From: Octopus sinensis | Taxonomy: Eukaryota | Assembly: GCF_006345805.1 (NCBI RefSeq) | Contig: NC_042999.1 | Coordinates: forward strand, 48,422,001-48,486,000 | Reading direction: 5' to 3' | Length of the DNA stretch: 64,000 bases | Shown: one piece after another, positions 12,526 through 24,572 of the stretch | How the letters are laid out: every line of letters begins with the position of its first letter | How positions within the stretch are numbered: position 1 is the first letter of the stretch | Notes under the pieces: model-generated | What the model saw: the letters and a program-made list of their open reading frames with translations, nothing else | Told to the model about the DNA's origin: nothing | Database searches by the model: none | Translations under genes and position numbers: made by a program

Positions 12526-13310
12526 TGGAGGCGCAATGGCCCAGTGGTTAGGGCAGCGGTCGTAGGATCGCGGTTTCGATTCCCAGACCGGGCGTTGTGT
12601 GTGTTTATTGAGCGAAAACACCTAAATAGCTCCACGAGGCTCCGGCAGGGGGTGGTGATCCCAGCCATACTCTTTCACCACTCTTTCTCTCTTTCTTCTG
12701 TTGGCCTGCTCACTTAGCCAGCGGGGTGGCGTGATTCGAAGGCTAAAACAATGCGCACGCTTTGTGACCAGCCATGTGCAGCAACATCTGATTGTCTGGT
12801 CGGTCACGTGATCACGCGATATATATATATACATATATATAAATTTGAGTGGATGGAACAGGTAAAGTCCATGCTACATATGCCTCTGTCGAATTAGCTA
12901 TGGATTCCTTAGTGACAAAGTAACCTTCAGTTAACTAATGTATCTTCGGCCTGATGAGTGGCTAGCGGAGTACCCCTCGTTGCGTAGTTATTACTTCTGA
13001 GGTTCTCTTAGCTAGGAAAGCTATGTAACCTGGATTTTACCTTCTACATTTCCTCAATCTGGATTGATATTTACATTCATAGTCGCAGGCCATGAACGTT
13101 TTAAAAAATCTATTGCAAATCATGTATCTAGTGGCAAACTATTGAAAAGCTGTTTCCGGCTTATTGAACTTCATTATGGGATAAACTTAAACCTTCTACG
13201 CCAATAAATTACTATTGCTCCTGGGAGCTGATTTTTAATCCTACTACGTACTGCTCAAAGCTTACCAGCTTCCTACACCTAGCTCCTTGGATTTTACAAT
13301 AACATAACAT
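12101..13310. repeat. Tandem segmental duplication B, copy 1
   Basis: Matches 13384-14592; boundaries in (TG)n runs; no substitutions seen outside the microsatellites. Confidence 0.95.
12525..12820 (+). mobile_element. tRNA-derived SINE (family 2a)
   Basis: A-box TGGCCCAGTGG, B-box GTTTCGATTCC, body shared with 28937-29110. Confidence 0.85.
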
Positions 13311-13383
13311 TGTGTGTGTGTGTGTGTTGTGTGTGTGTGTGTGTGGTGTGTGTGTGTGTGTTGTGTGTGTGTGTGTTGTGTGT

Positions 13384-13437
13384 GTATATCCATAGAAAAA
13401 CGCACATGCAAAATACATGCATACATACATACATATA

Positions 13438-13524
<87 letters not shown>

Positions 13525-13757
13525 TATACAACTTCAATATCCCTACATATCTCAGATCTATTTTCTTTCCTCCACCACACTCTCTATTTTGTATCCTATC
13601 TAAATTAACTATTACTTAACCATCCTCTCATACCATCTCCGATGAAGGGATAAAAATAATAAATATCCTGGAAACAGCTGTAAAACCTTCTATCAATAAA
13701 TGTTCTATCTACACAGCCTTGGTTTTTCATCTCATTATGCAAAAAATTCTTAAATAC

Positions 13758-13794
<37 letters not shown>

Positions 13795-14592
13795 ATATAT
13801 ATATGAGTGGAGGCGCAATGGCCCAGTGGTTAGGGCAGCGGTCGTAGGATCGCGGTTTCGATTCCCAGACCGGGCGTTGTGTGTGTTTATTGAGCGAAAA
13901 CACCTAAATAGCTCCACGAGGCTCCGGCAGGGGGTGGTGATCCCAGCCATACTCTTTCACCACTCTTTCTCTCTTTCTTCTGTTGGCCTGCTCACTTAGC
14001 CAGCGGGGTGGCGTGATTCGAAGGCTAAAACAATGCGCACGCTTTGTGACCAGCCATGTGCAGCAACATCTGATTGTCTGGTCGGTCACGTGATCACGCG
14101 ATATATATATATACATATATATAAATTTGAGTGGATGGAACAGGTAAAGTCCATGCTACATATGCCTCTGTCGAATTAGCTATGGATTCCTTAGTGACAA
14201 AGTAACCTTCAGTTAACTAATGTATCTTCGGCCTGATGAGTGGCTAGCGGAGTACCCCTCGTTGCGTAGTTATTACTTCTGAGGTTCTCTTAGCTAGGAA
14301 AGCTATGTAACCTGGATTTTACCTTCTACATTTCCTCAATCTGGATTGATATTTACATTCATAGTCGCAGGCCATGAACGTTTTAAAAAATCTATTGCAA
14401 ATCATGTATCTAGTGGCAAACTATTGAAAAGCTGTTTCCGGCTTATTGAACTTCATTATGGGATAAACTTAAACCTTCTACGCCAATAAATTACTATTGC
14501 TCCTGGGAGCTGATTTTTAATCCTACTACGTACTGCTCAAAGCTTACCAGCTTCCTACACCTAGCTCCTTGGATTTTACAATAACATAACAT
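13384..14592. repeat. Tandem segmental duplication B, copy 2
   Basis: Matches 12101-13310 (offset 1282-1283). Confidence 0.95.
13807..14102 (+). mobile_element. SINE family 2a (duplicated copy)
   Basis: Identical to 12525-12820. Confidence 0.85.
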
Positions 14593-16162
14593 TGTGTGTG
14601 TGTGTGTGTGTGACTGTGTGTGTGTGTAAATATATATGTATATACCAGAGTTACTACACTTGCGAAGACTGGTTAATATTTATGAAGTTAACAAAGCTCC
14701 AGTAGATGTGAATATTCCACAAAATGCAAACTAAGGCATTTTTTGTCACCCACGGTGTATGATATAACTAGAACAAGAAGGGGAATATTAGTGTTTCAGT
14801 TTGATATAAAATACGATCGCTTCAATAACAGATGGGTTGTATAAATCGTTTAACCTATAATTTCATCAAAATCACTACATACACGTATGTATAGACAATT
14901 CATGTGAAGAGTATATAGTTGTAGCGAAAAGTGAATATACTTGACTGGCAAATGAAAATTCAGTAACAATATATGTATGTACTTTTGATAAAAACCGTAG
15001 TGACACTGCAGCTATTAACTCGACTGGAGAGTCAGACAGTTGGCTGCCCGTGTACGTAAAGTGGTTTTTAAATTTGAGCATCATTAGACAGCTATAAATG
15101 TAACTGGGATGTGTATGCCGAGAGGAACTTCAAAGAAGCAGAAATGATCATTAACTCGCTCCTAAATACCTTTTCTTTCTCATTTCATTTCTGTTTTGCT
15201 ATATTTTCTATCTGTTTTTTTTTTTTGTACAACTAGTGGATTTTACTCTGTGTCTTAATTATTATAGGTATTATTATTATATAGATTTTATTTTCTATTT
15301 TTACTATGAATTATGTTATTCAGCTTTTAATATTGATTTTTAATTTCTGTATAAGTATATATTTATGTTATGATTTAACTACGTTTTGACACGTTGTTCA
15401 CTACATTTTATACGAAATTGTATATGAAATTGCTAGGCCCCCTTTAATTATATACAACTTTTTCTTTCATTCACATTCTCAAGTAGTGTTGCAGCCCTTC
15501 TCTCTATATCCTTCGCTTTTCCTATTCCTTTCCTCACTTATTTCATGTTCATCACGTCATAGTTGTTTCTTTGCAGACGTTTCCATCCCATTTAATTCAT
15601 AACTGTGTTTAGAAACGACCAACTATCTGCCTGTCTAGTCTACTTAATACCTCCAATGTAACAGTAGATTTTGTTCCTGTAGTGTAGAGTTTTATTTCCA
15701 TGACAAAATGCTTCCATCTACGCTACAACGCTATAAGCGCACTCTGATGATGTATATATATCGGTACGTTTATCTATGTGCATGGGTACTGAAATATTTC
15801 TTTGCTCCTCGTGAAAATATAAACGAGTTGTGTGTTATATAGTTTAAATTTACATGATACTTATTTTTATGGTTATAGCTTTCCTACCAAGGGTAGTACT
15901 TTATATGGCCTCACTGCTGTTGATATGCTCGTAATTCAATACAAAAATGGGTAATACCAATATCATTCCTTTTCTTGCTACATATATGCATTCATATTTA
16001 TACGTATGTATACGTATGCAGACATACACAAGTGCATATACATATGCATGTATATATATATATATATATATACAGAGAGAGAGAGAGAGAGAGATAATAT
16101 ATATATATATATATAATATACATATCTACATATATACATAAATATATGTACATACCTACATA

Positions 16163-16215
<53 letters not shown>

Positions 16216-16224
16216 GCATATATC

Positions 16225-16380
16225 GGTACAGAGCATCAAAAAAACATTGAACACAATAAGAAACGAATACATAAAAAATATAGAAACGAATTTATTTCGG
16301 ACAGCGAAAAAAAAACGAGAGAAACGAGACATACAACATAAACAATATTCCCCTTCTACCGTTGTCCCTGTTTCAACTGC
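16225..16380 (-). mobile_element. Short interspersed repeat related to 56330-56730 (possible PLE tail)
   Basis: TTCCCCTTCTACCGTTGTCCCTGTTTCAACT resembles CCCCCTTCTTCAGTCGCTATGGTTTCATCT at ~56465. Confidence 0.35.
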
Positions 16381-16456
<76 letters not shown>

Positions 16457-16515
16457 TATATATAATAATATAAATGCATACATATAAACATATATATATA
16501 TATATACACGCACAC

Positions 16516-16546
<31 letters not shown>

Positions 16547-16569
16547 GATATATATATATAATATATATA

Positions 16570-16608
<39 letters not shown>

Positions 16609-16639
16609 CACATACAAACATATTACCATCTATTTTCTG

Positions 16640-16760
16640 GTGGCCATGCTGGGGGTCACACGTTGTAGAGATTTTCGGCCCAGTTGTTTATGTTTAAAGG
16701 TTGGTACTTCTTGTATCGGCTTCTTTTGCCACAAAGTGACCTGGACATAAAGAAACTAGT
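16640..16760 (-). mobile_element. SINE family 1, degenerate 3' half
   Basis: TGGCCATGCTGGGG..GGTACTTCTTGTATCGGCTTCTTTTGCC resembles the reverse complement of the family 1 3' body. Confidence 0.55.
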
Positions 16761-18116
16761 AATGATTTTCAAGCAGTTGTGGTGAAAACATTATTTGAGC
16801 AGTCACTAATAGATTTCTACTTAAAATATGAGATGATCGTGGAGTGAAACGGTAATCATACAATTGACTGAATTGATCGTGTTATATTTCAAACCTGTGT
16901 CCTTACTCTCGCATGAAAATATGAATGGAATTTGGGCAAAACCAATATGCATATGTGTGTGTATGCGTGTGTGTGTGTATGTATATATCTAAGTATGCAT
17001 TAATGTATGTATAGTACCCTCATTCTTTCATAAGTATATATTCGTGTATATGGGAAATGAATTTGTGTGTGTATGTGCATATATATACAGAGAAACAAAA
17101 AGTGAGAGAGAGAGAGATCTGAAAGAGATTTGCATAAGATAACCATAGTAGTGCAAATCTTTGTGCCAGATTCCTTTAATGACGATGGCCAAACTTTCTC
17201 TACAGTCTACTTAGAGGTGATTTTAATAGTTAACTTCTACATCTCTCTAGTTCTCATGTCAGTGCAGTGTTATACGAAGTGATCTTGCGAATATTACTAT
17301 CGTAGTGTTTCAGTTTAGTGGACTTTGTAATGTCTATGTCACACATGACAAGCAATATACATCTTGTAACGGTAACTGCAAGAAATCTTTCTTCCGCTGG
17401 AATTTAAATTCCTGTTTTTATCACAACATTTTTGTTTCTCACAAGTTGATGATGTTATCTTGTTCGTAAAGTTTTCATAGACAACCATAAAGAAAATTTA
17501 TATCCAAAATGTACCTAGTAACTTCACCGTTACCAGCAAGCTCATAACTATAACTCAAGTAAAATGAAATTTCTTTCTCATTTCGTTATTTTATAAGTTT
17601 CTTATGTTTTAATATAATTTTACCATTTATTTTGATCTTTGTTTTAGATGTTTAAGAAATAACGTTAATGTTTAAGTGACTTTCTCTCAGTTACTTTATT
17701 ATCTATGTATTTCAATCTTTCTCATAAACGTTTAAATGTTATTTTAATATTTATTCGTTTCTATCCGTCCGAAGCTGTTTGGCAAAATAATGTCCGTTTG
17801 GTGACTGCATGTATACATTTCGTTGTGGTTGATGTAGATGTTATGAGGGATCACTCATAATGCATGATAATATTGATATGTAGCACCTGATTTACACTCA
17901 CAAACTCGAGAAGATCTTTGATAAAATGCATTCCATTCTTGACCGTTCCGTTTATTTTCTAGTACGAAAGGAATCTTGGGTCATAATATATGAATGCGTT
18001 CATTAAATTTGGAAATCTATATTATGCACAACTACGAAGACGCTCCCATTCGATGGTACAGGATGTATAACGTATGTGGCTGGTAAGCTGCACTGAAGTT
18101 CTTAAAAGTGAAGAGA

Positions 18117-18500
18117 GTAGGAGTGGTTGTGTGGTAAGTAGCTTGCTTACTAACCACATGGTTCCGAGTTCAGTCCCACTGCGTGGCACCTTGGCAAAGT
18201 GCCTTCTACTCTGGCCTCGGACCGACCAAAGCCTTGTGAGTGGCTGTGGTGGACGGAAACTGAAAGAAACCTGTCGTATATATGTATATATATACATGTA
18301 TGTATGTCTGTGTTTGTCCCCCACCATCGCTTGACAACCAATGCTGGTGTGTTTACATCCGCGTAACTTAGCGGTTCGGCAAAAGAGACCGATAAAATAA
18401 GTACTAGGTTATAAAGAATAAGTCCTGGGGTCGATTTGCTCGACTAAAGGCGGTGCTCCCGCATGGCCGCAGTCAAATGACTGAAAGATGTAAAAGAGTG
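18117..18500 (+). mobile_element. SINE family 1, best-preserved copy
   Basis: Head, B-box GAGTTCAGTCCC, CORE-like CTGCGTGGCACCTTGGCAAAGTG, short internal (TA/TG) tract, full 3' body. Confidence 0.92.
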
Positions 18501-19600
18501 AAAGTGTAAATCTGTAGTTACATTAAACTTCACCCTGTAACAGAGTTATCTGACCATTGCTGTCTTCATTTCCTTCAGTTTCTTAACTTTTAGCATTAGG
18601 GGGGAGAGCATGCATAAGTTAGAGAGAAAAGGCGTGAAAAAATAAAGCATATTTAAAGAATATGAAAGATAACGAAAATTCCAAATTTAGCAGAAGTGTA
18701 TTTTTGAACGTATAATGAATGGCAATATGCTTATTGCAAATAGATATATGCACGTTAGTGGTATTAGAAAAAGAAAATGTTTTGGTGGCTGCAGGTAAAA
18801 TGTTGTGGAATATGTTATTTAAGTCGTTTCTGTGAGCAACGCAACGTGTGACGGAGCGACAGCCAATTGAGTAAAGTATTGAAAAGTATATTTTTTTGGA
18901 TTAAAGCGAACAATGTTATATAAGATAAAGATAAGAAAATAAAAAGCTATGCCTAGCATTATGAATGGGGGGAAATATTCACTAGGAGATGCTACATTAA
19001 TAAATAGTATAGAAAATAAAAGTAGAAGACGAAATTAGTTAAGGAATCATGCACGTAAAAACAAACAGGAAGTAAAATAAGTCATCTGCAGGAGAATGTT
19101 CGGCAATTATAATAGATAAATCTATTCTGCTAAGAATTCAATAAAAATATTCACTTGAGAAATACCCAAGCATAAAACAATTCTCACAGAGAGCTTTTAA
19201 CATTAAAAAAATGAATCGAAGAAGTTTTTTAACTATTCAGATAGTTGCAATAATTTACAGACAGGAAATCCTAACACTAAATAAGTTCTCTGCTCAGTGT
19301 GTATATAGAATATCATTTCTTAAAATAAGTCTATTTTACAGAGGACATTTTGAAGGCAGCTCATTTACTCGGATTGAAAACGTTGTCAGGAAAATAAAAG
19401 TCGAAAGATTATTCTATGCTGTACAGAAATCATAGTCTACATGATCTTTGATATATATATTACGGAGATGTACTTGCATAGCAAGTGATTTGATCTGAGA
19501 TCGTGTGCTGAAACGAAAACAATTGCAAGGTTGAAGGTGTTTGTAAGCCGTTTAAGAAACACACAAAAGCCGTTCGATTCACTTCAACATTTAAGTTTAA

Positions 19601-19651
19601 TTTGTCAAAATATTTTCGTCGCTTTAAGACCGCGACCTAATCACTGACAAA
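19601..19651 (-). ncRNA. Minimal hammerhead-like motif, core variant G3.U8
   Basis: Minus strand UUUGUCA-GUGAUUA-G-GUCGC[GGUCUUAAA]GCGAC-GAA-AAUAUU-U-UGACAAA: 7-bp stem I, 5-bp stem II, palindromic AAUAUU stem III. Confidence 0.5.
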
Positions 19652-19678
19652 AATCCGTGCTGCATCACTGCATTGTTT

Positions 19679-19722
<44 letters not shown>

Positions 19723-20159
19723 AAACTGGGCCACTGTTGAAAGTGATTTTAATTTAAAATAGATATTTTATTAGAACACAGAATATTGGCTTATATTCCA
19801 TGACAGAACGTCTTGGATGTACTTGTGGTGCATTTAAGGTGTTTATATCGCTGGCAAGTATTACGCATCGGTTGTGGCCGCAAAAGCTGTCAGAGCATGG
19901 AGTTTCACTTTCTCTAGTAATTCTCAATGGGTGACGTAATCGGGTAGACACGGTAGTTTAATTTCACTGTCATCGATTATTAGAATTTCACTGTCTATGT
20001 AGGGACTGGAAACGTACAATCTAGTCGGCTTCTGGAAGATAAAACATTAATAGCGACATAAGGAGCTCTGGCAGCCACAGCTGATAATTATTGCCCTTTA
20101 GTGATATAAACAAGAGGAAAAGTATAACGTGATCGTTTGTAAGGGAGGTTAAGTGTCTA

Positions 20160-20226
20160 ACAACAACAACAACAACAACAACAAAAACATCAACAACAAC
20201 AACAAAACAACAAAAACAACAAAAAC

Positions 20227-20293
<67 letters not shown>
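20160..20293. repeat. (AAC)n/(AAT)n microsatellite
   Basis: Seen directly. Confidence 0.95.
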
Positions 20294-20294
<1 letters not shown>

Positions 20295-20775
20295 GTGAGA
20301 GAATAGTGCATGCCATCAAAATGACACTGGGGTAAAATATATGAATTCCAGTATACCTATCATGACTACCAGTCAGATAAGGGTACACCAGCCACATGCA
20401 TCACAACTATGTGTACGCGCATGGTGATTTTATATCAAGATATACTACGCATGAACTTGCAGGTGGGGTCCAGTTAGAATTTTCTTCAGGTTGAGTAGCA
20501 CGTCCTGCTCAAAAGATTCTTGAATAAAGGTTGTTTAAGAATATTCAGCAAAACATCCATGATTCCAGGGGCGAATTATCTAAATGTCAAAGAGTTCCTC
20601 TTAACACATAGCTATTATGCTCCTCCATCACTCCTGCTCGTGATCAGAGATACACTCATCGTCAACCATGAAGGGACATGCCCAAGTGCTTATGATCAAA
20701 CAACTGACAAGCAAATCCGTGGTACTGAGCAGAATATTCGCTGTAGTTCAAGACAAAGCAATGTACATGATAAGA
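20295..20775 (-). mobile_element. ~480-bp non-coding interspersed element with trinucleotide tail
   Basis: Reverse complement aligns along its length with 27615-28090. Confidence 0.8.
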
Positions 20776-20776
20776 C

Positions 20777-20941
20777 ATCATCATCATCATTATCGTCATC
20801 AACATCATCATCATCATCACCATCATCATCATCAACATCATCCCCATCATCAACACCATCGTAACCACCACCACCACCACCACCAACCACCACCAACCAC
20901 CAACACCACCACCACCACCACCACCACCATCATCATCATCG

Positions 20942-20978
<37 letters not shown>

Positions 20979-21000
20979 CATCATCATCATCATTATCATC
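20777..21000. repeat. Compound (CAT)n/(CAC)n/(TAT)n microsatellite
   Basis: Seen directly. Confidence 0.95.
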
Positions 21001-21604
21001 AATTTTCCTTTCTACTGATAGTGATAGGAGATGTAGTAACAATAAACGAACGTACATACAGGACATATTTTTCAAGTGTTACTTCCTTATTTACAACAGA
21101 TACTTATATTGATATTTGCTTTTGATTTGTTTTGGTAAAACATATGGTTTCTCGTTAATTATCCCATGCTCATTATATACATTAACAACAAGAAAACGAA
21201 TGACTATTCTGCGTATTATTACACGTTTTCGTGATTTTTTTCTTTCTTTAGAACACAGATACATTATGATTTGGCCTGTACAAGTATTTAAAATGGACAC
21301 GAATATCGTGACCTTAGTAAAAGGGTTCCTGAAATAGGATAATTTGAAACCACCTTTTAGCCTCTGTTGTTCCCAAATCTCCTCTGATTCGAAGTAGTAG
21401 CACCCACTAGGGTGCCAGTTATGGGTTAACTACGATATATGTTTTTGGGTAGATGGAGCTCGTTCGAGCTGAAGGGAGTCGCTTCGATATGAAACCGGCG
21501 TTGCCATGCTGGACGTCACGAACGTGGCGGGTCTCATTCACATTTGAGAAATCCTGCGACACACACCAAGTATCCCAACCAGGTTTGGCATGTCAACAAA
21601 TCCA

Positions 21605-21701
21605 CTGGTAGTCATGATGGGTATACTGGGATTCATATATTTTACCCCAGTATCATTTCGATGGAATGCACTACTCTCTCATTTATTATTATTATTATTA
21701 C

Positions 21702-21753
<52 letters not shown>

Positions 21754-21790
21754 TATTATTATTATCATCATCATCATCATTATTATTGTT
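21605..21790 (+). mobile_element. 3' end of the ~480-bp element plus (ATT)n tail
   Basis: CTGGTAGTCATGATGGGTATACTGGGATTCATATATTTTACCCCAGT..ATGCACTACTCTCTCA matches 28013-28090; upstream 21340-21604 is unrelated. Confidence 0.75.
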
Positions 21791-22519
21791 GTTGTTGTTA
21801 TTTACTACTACTATTTTTATTATTTTTGTTATCATTATTCTTATTATTCTTATTAATGATAACAATAATAAAAATAATGACAATTCATCAAGATCGCCAT
21901 CACCATCATCTTTGCTTTTTTACTCAAGTTCTTAGAAATTAATTACCAACTTTTCCTTTGATTATTTCACAAGCAATGTCCTCATATCGTCTTGATGTCT
22001 TTAGAGGTGGATTAGCAAACATACTTGTTAAATTTTTTTTCCGCTATTTCCCAATTATTTTATCCAATCTCATTAATTTTAATAACAAAAAAGATGTTAT
22101 ATTGAATTATATTCCCAAACTGACAGCTTACCTCTTGTTAGCTCATGCTTCAGAGAATGAAAACCATGAATAGATCAGAAACAGAGAGATGGGGAGAGAG
22201 AGCATGAACAGTGATGATCGAATAAAGCGGTGTAATCGAATGATTTCAAGTGGTAAAATAACGCATAGTTCTATTGTTTACGTATAATAATTATTTAATT
22301 TCTTTTCAATTTTATAATCAAAATTTGCTTGAATCATATTCATCGTTACCGTTATTTTGTTTGTGTAAGTTGTGAATGTAACTTTAATAAGTTTGTATCA
22401 TATGCATACGTACTTCTTGTGTATGTATGTATGTATGTATGTATGCATATATGGATGTATCTATGTATCTATTTATCTATATGTATGTATGTATCTATCT
22501 GTCTGTGTCTCTCTCTTTC

Positions 22520-22683
<164 letters not shown>

Positions 22684-22929
22684 CTTTTCTGTCAGTCTAT
22701 TTACCTATCTAATCACCAATATGTCAATCCATTTCCTAAGTTTGTGTCCCGAGGAATTTGTTCTTAATTTTGTGCATGTATACATGCAGGATTTCTTCGA
22801 TTGTGTAACGACATCAGCAAAATATGCCCAATTAAAAGGAATAAATCCCGGATCTTCGAGTAATGGACTTCACCACAGATCTCTCCACTCAGTTTTGTTC
22901 TGCTGATAAATCAGACAGGATCAGATAAA

Positions 22930-24060
22930 TGAGACTGGATCTTCCTCCATTCTTCCCCTCCAACGCGCCATTCTCCGAGCCTTCGGACGATTCCAGTCTG
23001 ATCCCTCCACTTCACACAAATTCCCCAACCTACCCTTTCCTTCCTTCAAGCGAGCCTTTAACCTACGTGACATCCTGGTCCACAGATTTTTCTTAACCTC
23101 ACCTCACAAGTTGTTTCGTTCCCCTGCTCCTGCCCACGCGGCCTTACTTGCTCCTTTCTCTCCAGCATCAGCATCCTCGTAGGCACCCACCATCGTCCCT
23201 ATCATATCACTCACTCCTTTACCTGCACTTCTAGCAACGTCATTTACTACATCTCCTGCTCTTTCTTTCCTTGTCTGTACATCGGCCAAACGGGATACCG
23301 CTTGGCTGACGGGTTAGCGAAGCACTTCTGAGACATTAGACACCTTGTTGTAGCGCCATTTCCGATTTACGGGTATTCTTATTACAACACCTGTTTCTGT
23401 TCACATTCTCTTTGCACAGGGGTCATCCGGACTTCCACCGTCGCCGTGAAATGGTATTAAATATTCTTTCTTCCCGCCTCTCCACTCTTTATCTGACATC
23501 TACTTCCTCTCTTCACTCATACCGACCTTCTCCCTTCAATGATACCAACTCCATCGACGCACCACCCCCCATACACCCCATCCGCACACATCCCACCCCA
23601 CATATCCCACTACCACACTACACTACACCACACCACATCACCCCCCACACACATACTAGCACTGACCACTTTTCAGCACCCACACATCATAAAAACACCC
23701 ACACATTACAGACGCAAACACTTATACGTGCACACATCCACACGTCAAAGTTACTAGCCCCTATCCACACACACACATTTACACACTCTCACATACAAAC
23801 ATGCACGCGCACCTCTGTTTTGGGGATCAGCAATAGTTTATATTCCCTTTCCGTAGCTCTCCTGTTTAACTAGCACCAACTAGTCGCCATGATTAACCGC
23901 TAACTCCCAAAAACTGTCTCTCTCTCTCTGTTTATTTCTTCATGTTCCTTTTTGTTGAAGAGCGTTGGCTCGAAATGTAAAATACTTTCTTACTTTCTCG
24001 AACGTCAAACTAATACAGTGTTGTTACTGATACATCTGTCTTCGTCTTTAGTTTTTCTAT
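22930..24060 (+). mobile_element. Penelope-like element, 3' fragment (GIY-YIG region plus terminal repeat)
   Basis: Coding remnant followed by a CA-rich UTR and a terminal repeat (23930-24060) with a second copy at 24400-24572. Confidence 0.8.
22949..23490 (+). pseudogene. PLE GIY-YIG endonuclease region (decayed)
   Basis: ILPLQRAILRAFGRFQSDPST..FKRAFNLRDILVH / FPCSCPRGLTC..HSFTCTSSNVIYYISC..LYIGQTGYRLADGLAKHF*DIR..HRRREMVLN; VIY-YIG motif and Cys knuckle; frameshift and stop. Confidence 0.85.
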
Positions 24061-24109
24061 GAATTCCAACTATCTCCAAGCTTTCCTATCATTAGTAACC
24101 TTTCTTGCC

Positions 24110-24355
24110 TCTCTCAGTTCAACACCTCTTACCACCAAAGCTTTCCTTATTCCAACTTGTCACTCAAACCGAGATCTGCCTCTGGTTCTACTGCCTACCA
24201 TTTCTGTCTTCATCACCACCTTACCCATCCACTCCTCATCCACCTTCTCCATGTGGCCAAACGACCTTAATATTCGTCTATCCATTCTAGTACGTAGATT
24301 TTGTTTGATCCATGCCCGCTTTCGAACCTCCTCTCTCTTCATGCTGTCTGTAAGG

Positions 24356-24357
<2 letters not shown>
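24110..24357 (-). mobile_element. RTE-clade LINE 3' fragment
   Basis: RILRSFGHMEKVDEEWMGKVVMKTEMVGSRTRGRSRFE resembles the RTE C-terminus RLRWFGHV.RM......G.R.RGRPR.RW. Confidence 0.75.
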
Positions 24358-24397
<40 letters not shown>

Positions 24398-24399
24398 TT

Positions 24400-24572
24400 A
24401 GCCCCTACACACATTTTTTCTCTCCTTGTTTTCTGTGTCCCTTTCTGTAGAAGAGCGTAGGCTCGAAACATAAAATACTTTTCTCTATTCCTGAGCGTTA
24501 TACTAATACATCTGTTTGTTTTGTACACCACCTGTCTTCGTCTTTTGTTGTTATTTTCGTAAACTCTCCCTA
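24400..24572 (+). mobile_element. Solo PLE-type terminal repeat with HHR-like motif
   Basis: GAAGAGCGTAGGCTCGAAAC..ACTAATACA..CTGTCTTCGTCTTT shared with 23950-24055. Confidence 0.7.

Noticed and set aside
12951-12990. CTGATGA hammerhead core (also at 14233, 41620, 63091 and others)
   Set aside because: No stem II/GAAA/stem III arrangement downstream
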